Positions 61,240 to 64,000 of a DNA stretch of 64,000 nucleotides are shown here, one piece after another. The stretch is from Chiloscyllium plagiosum. Lineage: Eukaryota. Location of the stretch: assembly GCF_004010195.1 (NCBI RefSeq), contig NC_057749.1, forward strand, positions 20,506,095 to 20,570,094, in the 5' to 3' direction. A program made the translations under genes and the position numbers. Each line of letters starts with the position of its first letter. Within the stretch, counting starts at the first letter, position 1. Below the pieces are notes generated by a model. That model was given only the letters and a program-made list of their open reading frames with translations, made no database searches and was not told the DNA's origin.

Positions 61240-61550
61240 CTGGTGGGAGTGTCCCAGAAGGTAAAGTCACTATATAAATGCAGAGGTAACCCCAGAAGCC
61301 TATGGATGTGTGGAGGACAGTAAAGTTGCTATACAAATGCAGATGTCGTCCAGTGAGTGTATGCGGGTCCGCAAAGCTGCTATACAAATGCAGAGGCCGC
61401 CCCGAGAGCCTGTGGGAGTGTGCAGGTCCGTAAAGTCGCTATACAAATGCAGATGTCTGCCCAGAAGCCAGTGGGAGCGTGGAGTACGCAGAAGTCTCTA
61501 TGTAAATGCAGTGGTCGCCCTGCCCTGGGAGCTGATGGGAGTGTGGGTCC
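61240..61550. repeat. About 58-bp diverged tandem repeat (5 units) in SEC11A intron 1
   Basis: Core AAAGTCGCTATACAAATGCAG in units starting at 61261, 61320, 61371, 61430 and 61488. Confidence 0.85.
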
Positions 61551-61625
61551 AGGTCGAGCAAGGGCCTGGTTTAAGCGGAGCCGCGGGCGCGGGCGCGGGC
61601 GCGGGCGGGCCCCGGGGAGACGCAC

Positions 61626-61676
61626 CTGCCGCTTGTTCATCCGCCGGACATCATTGAGGAAATCCAGCGACATCAT
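61626..61676 (-). CDS. SEC11A: SEC11A exon 1
   Basis: MMSLDFLNDVRRMNKRQ|gtgcg (human MLSLDFLDDVRRMNKRQ). The six exons total 540 nt = 179 aa plus stop. Confidence 0.96.
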
Positions 61677-61900
61677 CCTGAGCACCGGCTCCGCTCTCGA
61701 TCATGGGCGAGCGGCAGGGTGAGGGAGAAAAAAAACCAAGCCACGGAGCCTCCAACCGCCGACACTCGAGCTACCGGAAGCTCAGGCTCCCCTGGAAGTC
61801 TAGGCCTCACCAGGAAGGCGTCGCGCCGCCCTCTGGGAGATTTAAAGGGACACTCCCCTCCAGCAGCCAGCTCCCTGTCCAATGAGGGACTGCCAGGTTT
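61677..61900 (-). promoter_or_regulatory. SEC11A CpG-island promoter/5' UTR
   Basis: CpG-rich from about 61560 to 61860; CCAAT at 61879-61883; TTAAAGGG at 61842-61849. Confidence 0.6.
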
Positions 61901-61954
61901 TCTGGTCCAGAGCTGCCAAGTAGCCTTAGGTCACTCATTCATTAAAATGGGCTT

Positions 61955-63492
61955 AGAGTCAGAGAGATGTACAGCATAGAAACAGACCCTTCGGTAAACC
62001 TTGTCCATGCCGACATGATATCCTAAATTTAATCTAGTCCCACCTGCCAGCACTTGGCCCATATCCCTCCAAACCCTTCCTATTCATATACCCATCCAGA
62101 TGCCTTTTAAATGCTGTAATTGTACCAGCCTCCACCACTTCCTCTGGCAGCTCATTTCATACACGTACCACCCTTTGCGTTAAAATGTTGCCCTTAGGTC
62201 CCTTTTAAATCTTTCCCCCGGGGTGGCACAGTGGTTAGCACTGCTGCCTCACAGCGCCAGAGACCTGGGTTCAATTGCCGCCTCAGGCGACTGACTGTGT
62301 GGAGTTTGCACATTCTCCCCGTGTCTGCGTGGGTTTCCTCTGGGTGCTCCGGTTTCCTCCCACAGTCCAAAGATGTGCGGGTCAGGTGCATTGGCCATGC
62401 TAAATTGCCCGTAGTGTTAGGTGAAGGGGTAAGTGTAGAGGTATGGGTGGGTTATGCTTCGGCGGGTTGGTGTAGACTTGTTGGGCTGAAGGGCCTGTTT
62501 CCACACTGTAGGTAATCTAATCTAATCTAAACCCTAAACCTATGTCCTCCACTCTGGGGAAAAGGTCACCCCTCAGCCTCCGACGCTCCAGGGAAAACAG
62601 CCACAGCCTATTCAGCCTCTCTCTGCAGCTGAAACCCTCCATCCCTGGCAACATTCTTGTAAATAGCTTCTGAACCTTTTCAAGTTTCACAATATCCTTC
62701 CTATCGGAGGGAGACCACAATATTGCACACAGTATTTCAAAAGTGGCCCAACCAATGTCCTGTACAGCTGCAACATGACCTGCCAACTCCTACATGCAAT
62801 TCTCTGACCAATAAAGGAAAGCATACCAAACGCCTTCTTCACTATCCTATCTACGTGTAACTCCACTTTCAAGGCACTATGAACCTGCACTCCAAGGTCT
62901 CTTTGTTCAGCAACACTCTCCAGGACCCTACCATGAAGTGTATAAGTTCTGAAAATGTGTTGCTGGAAAAGCGCAGCAGGTCAGGCAGCATCCAGGGAAC
63001 AGGAGAATCGACGTTTCGGGCATAAGCCCGAAACGTCGATTCTCCTGTTCCCTGGATGCTGCCTGACCTGCTGCGCTTTTCCAGCAACACATTTTCAGCT
63101 CTGATCTCCAGCATCTGCAGACCTCACTTTCTCCTCAGTGTATAAGTTCTGCCCTGCTTCGCCTTTCCAAAATGCAGCACCTCACATTTATCTAAATTAA
63201 ACTCCATTTGCCACTCTTTCGCCCTTTGGCCCATCTGATCAAGATCCTATTGTTACTCTGAGATAACCTTCTCCACTGTCCACTACATCTCCAATTATGG
63301 TGTCATCTGCAAACTTACTAATTATACCTCCTATGCTCACGTCCAAATCATTTATATAAATGATAAAAAGCAGCGGACCCAGCACTGATCCTTGTGGCAC
63401 ACCACTAGTCCCAGGCCTCCAGTCTGAAAAGCAACCCTCTACCACACTCTGTCTTCTACCTTTGAGCCAGTTCTGTATCCAAATGGCTAGTA
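61955..63492 (-). mobile_element. CR1 LINE 3' portion, interrupted by an HE1 SINE (62218-62530, +) and a PLE palindrome (62952-63136)
   Basis: ORFs 63239-63502 (SGVPQGSVLGPLLF...FADDT), 62687-62890 and 62517-62786. Confidence 0.92.
62952..63136. mobile_element. 185-bp perfect fold-back PLE insertion with an exact 15-bp TSD
   Basis: 73-bp perfect arms (62949-63021 / 63026-63098) with loop ATAA; TSD AGTGTATAAGTTCTG at 62937-62951 and 63137-63151. Confidence 0.92.
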
Positions 63493-63699
63493 GTTCTGCC
63501 AAAACGCGGTTGTTCTGTTCTCATGCAATCCTGTGTTAGAAGAAAATCATGTAACAGCAGCACCAATTAAACTAGTGGGGCCGGAATCATGTTATAACCA
63601 ATACATATTTAAAACTTTGTGCTTTAGAAACAGTGTCCCCAATTCATCAATTGTGTTATGGTGAATTTGTGTTAACAGAACATGCAATATAGCAGAATG

Positions 63700-63880
63700 A
63701 CCTGTATTCCATGTGAATAACCTTGCTAATATATCTACCATGAGGAACTTTTTCGAATGCTTTACTGAAGTCCATATCGATCATGTCCACCGCTCTGTCC
63801 TTATCAATCCTCTGCATTACTTCTTCAAAAAAGCTCAATCAAGTTAGTAAGACACAATATCCTACACACAAAGCCATTTG
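63700..63880 (-). mobile_element. CR1 RT fragment
   Basis: FFEEVMQRIDKDRAVDMIDMDFSKAFEKVPHGR. Confidence 0.85.
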
Positions 63881-64000
63881 CTTATGCAAATGGCTGAGAT
63901 TATTTTGTTTAGAAGTTACAACTTGCCACTTAAAATCCCCCTTTTTTATTTGAAAAAGAAATACTTTTCATTTTCCTCAGCTTGCATTTTGTTATAAAGT

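Noticed and set aside
61240-61550. CRISPR-like repeat-spacer appearance
   Set aside because: Vertebrate intron, repeats are degenerate, linkers are related to each other, and there are no cas genes.

Overview
Vertebrate genomic DNA, very probably from a shark (inferred from abundant HE1-type V-SINEs, DeuSINE-like SINEs, CR1 LINEs and Penelope-like elements). It has three assembly gaps (5691-6043, 7867-8055, 26599-26627). Three minus-strand genes could be reconstructed by hand with GT-AG junctions. SEC11A is complete (6 coding exons, 179 aa, 43864-61676). NMB/neuromedin B is complete (3 coding exons, 136 aa, 23993-27119; mature peptide GNLWATGHFM-amide). KTI12 is present as its first coding exon only (18-162) and is intron-containing. 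The rest is mostly nested retroelements. Five observations stand out. (1) Many short Penelope-derived insertions carry minimal hammerhead-ribozyme cores. Several are fold-back palindromes with 13-15 bp target-site duplications and a different inversion point in each copy. (2) A fragmented Copia (GalEa-like) LTR retrotransposon spans about 8.4-16.8 kb under later insertions. (3) A perfect DR4 nuclear-receptor element sits in a dense motif cluster about 2.6 kb upstream of NMB. (4) KTI12 has an intron and lies next to NMB. (5) There is a 666/660-bp tandem duplication. Family names and human comparisons are from recalled knowledge, not database searches. Repeat boundaries are approximate unless TSDs are given.
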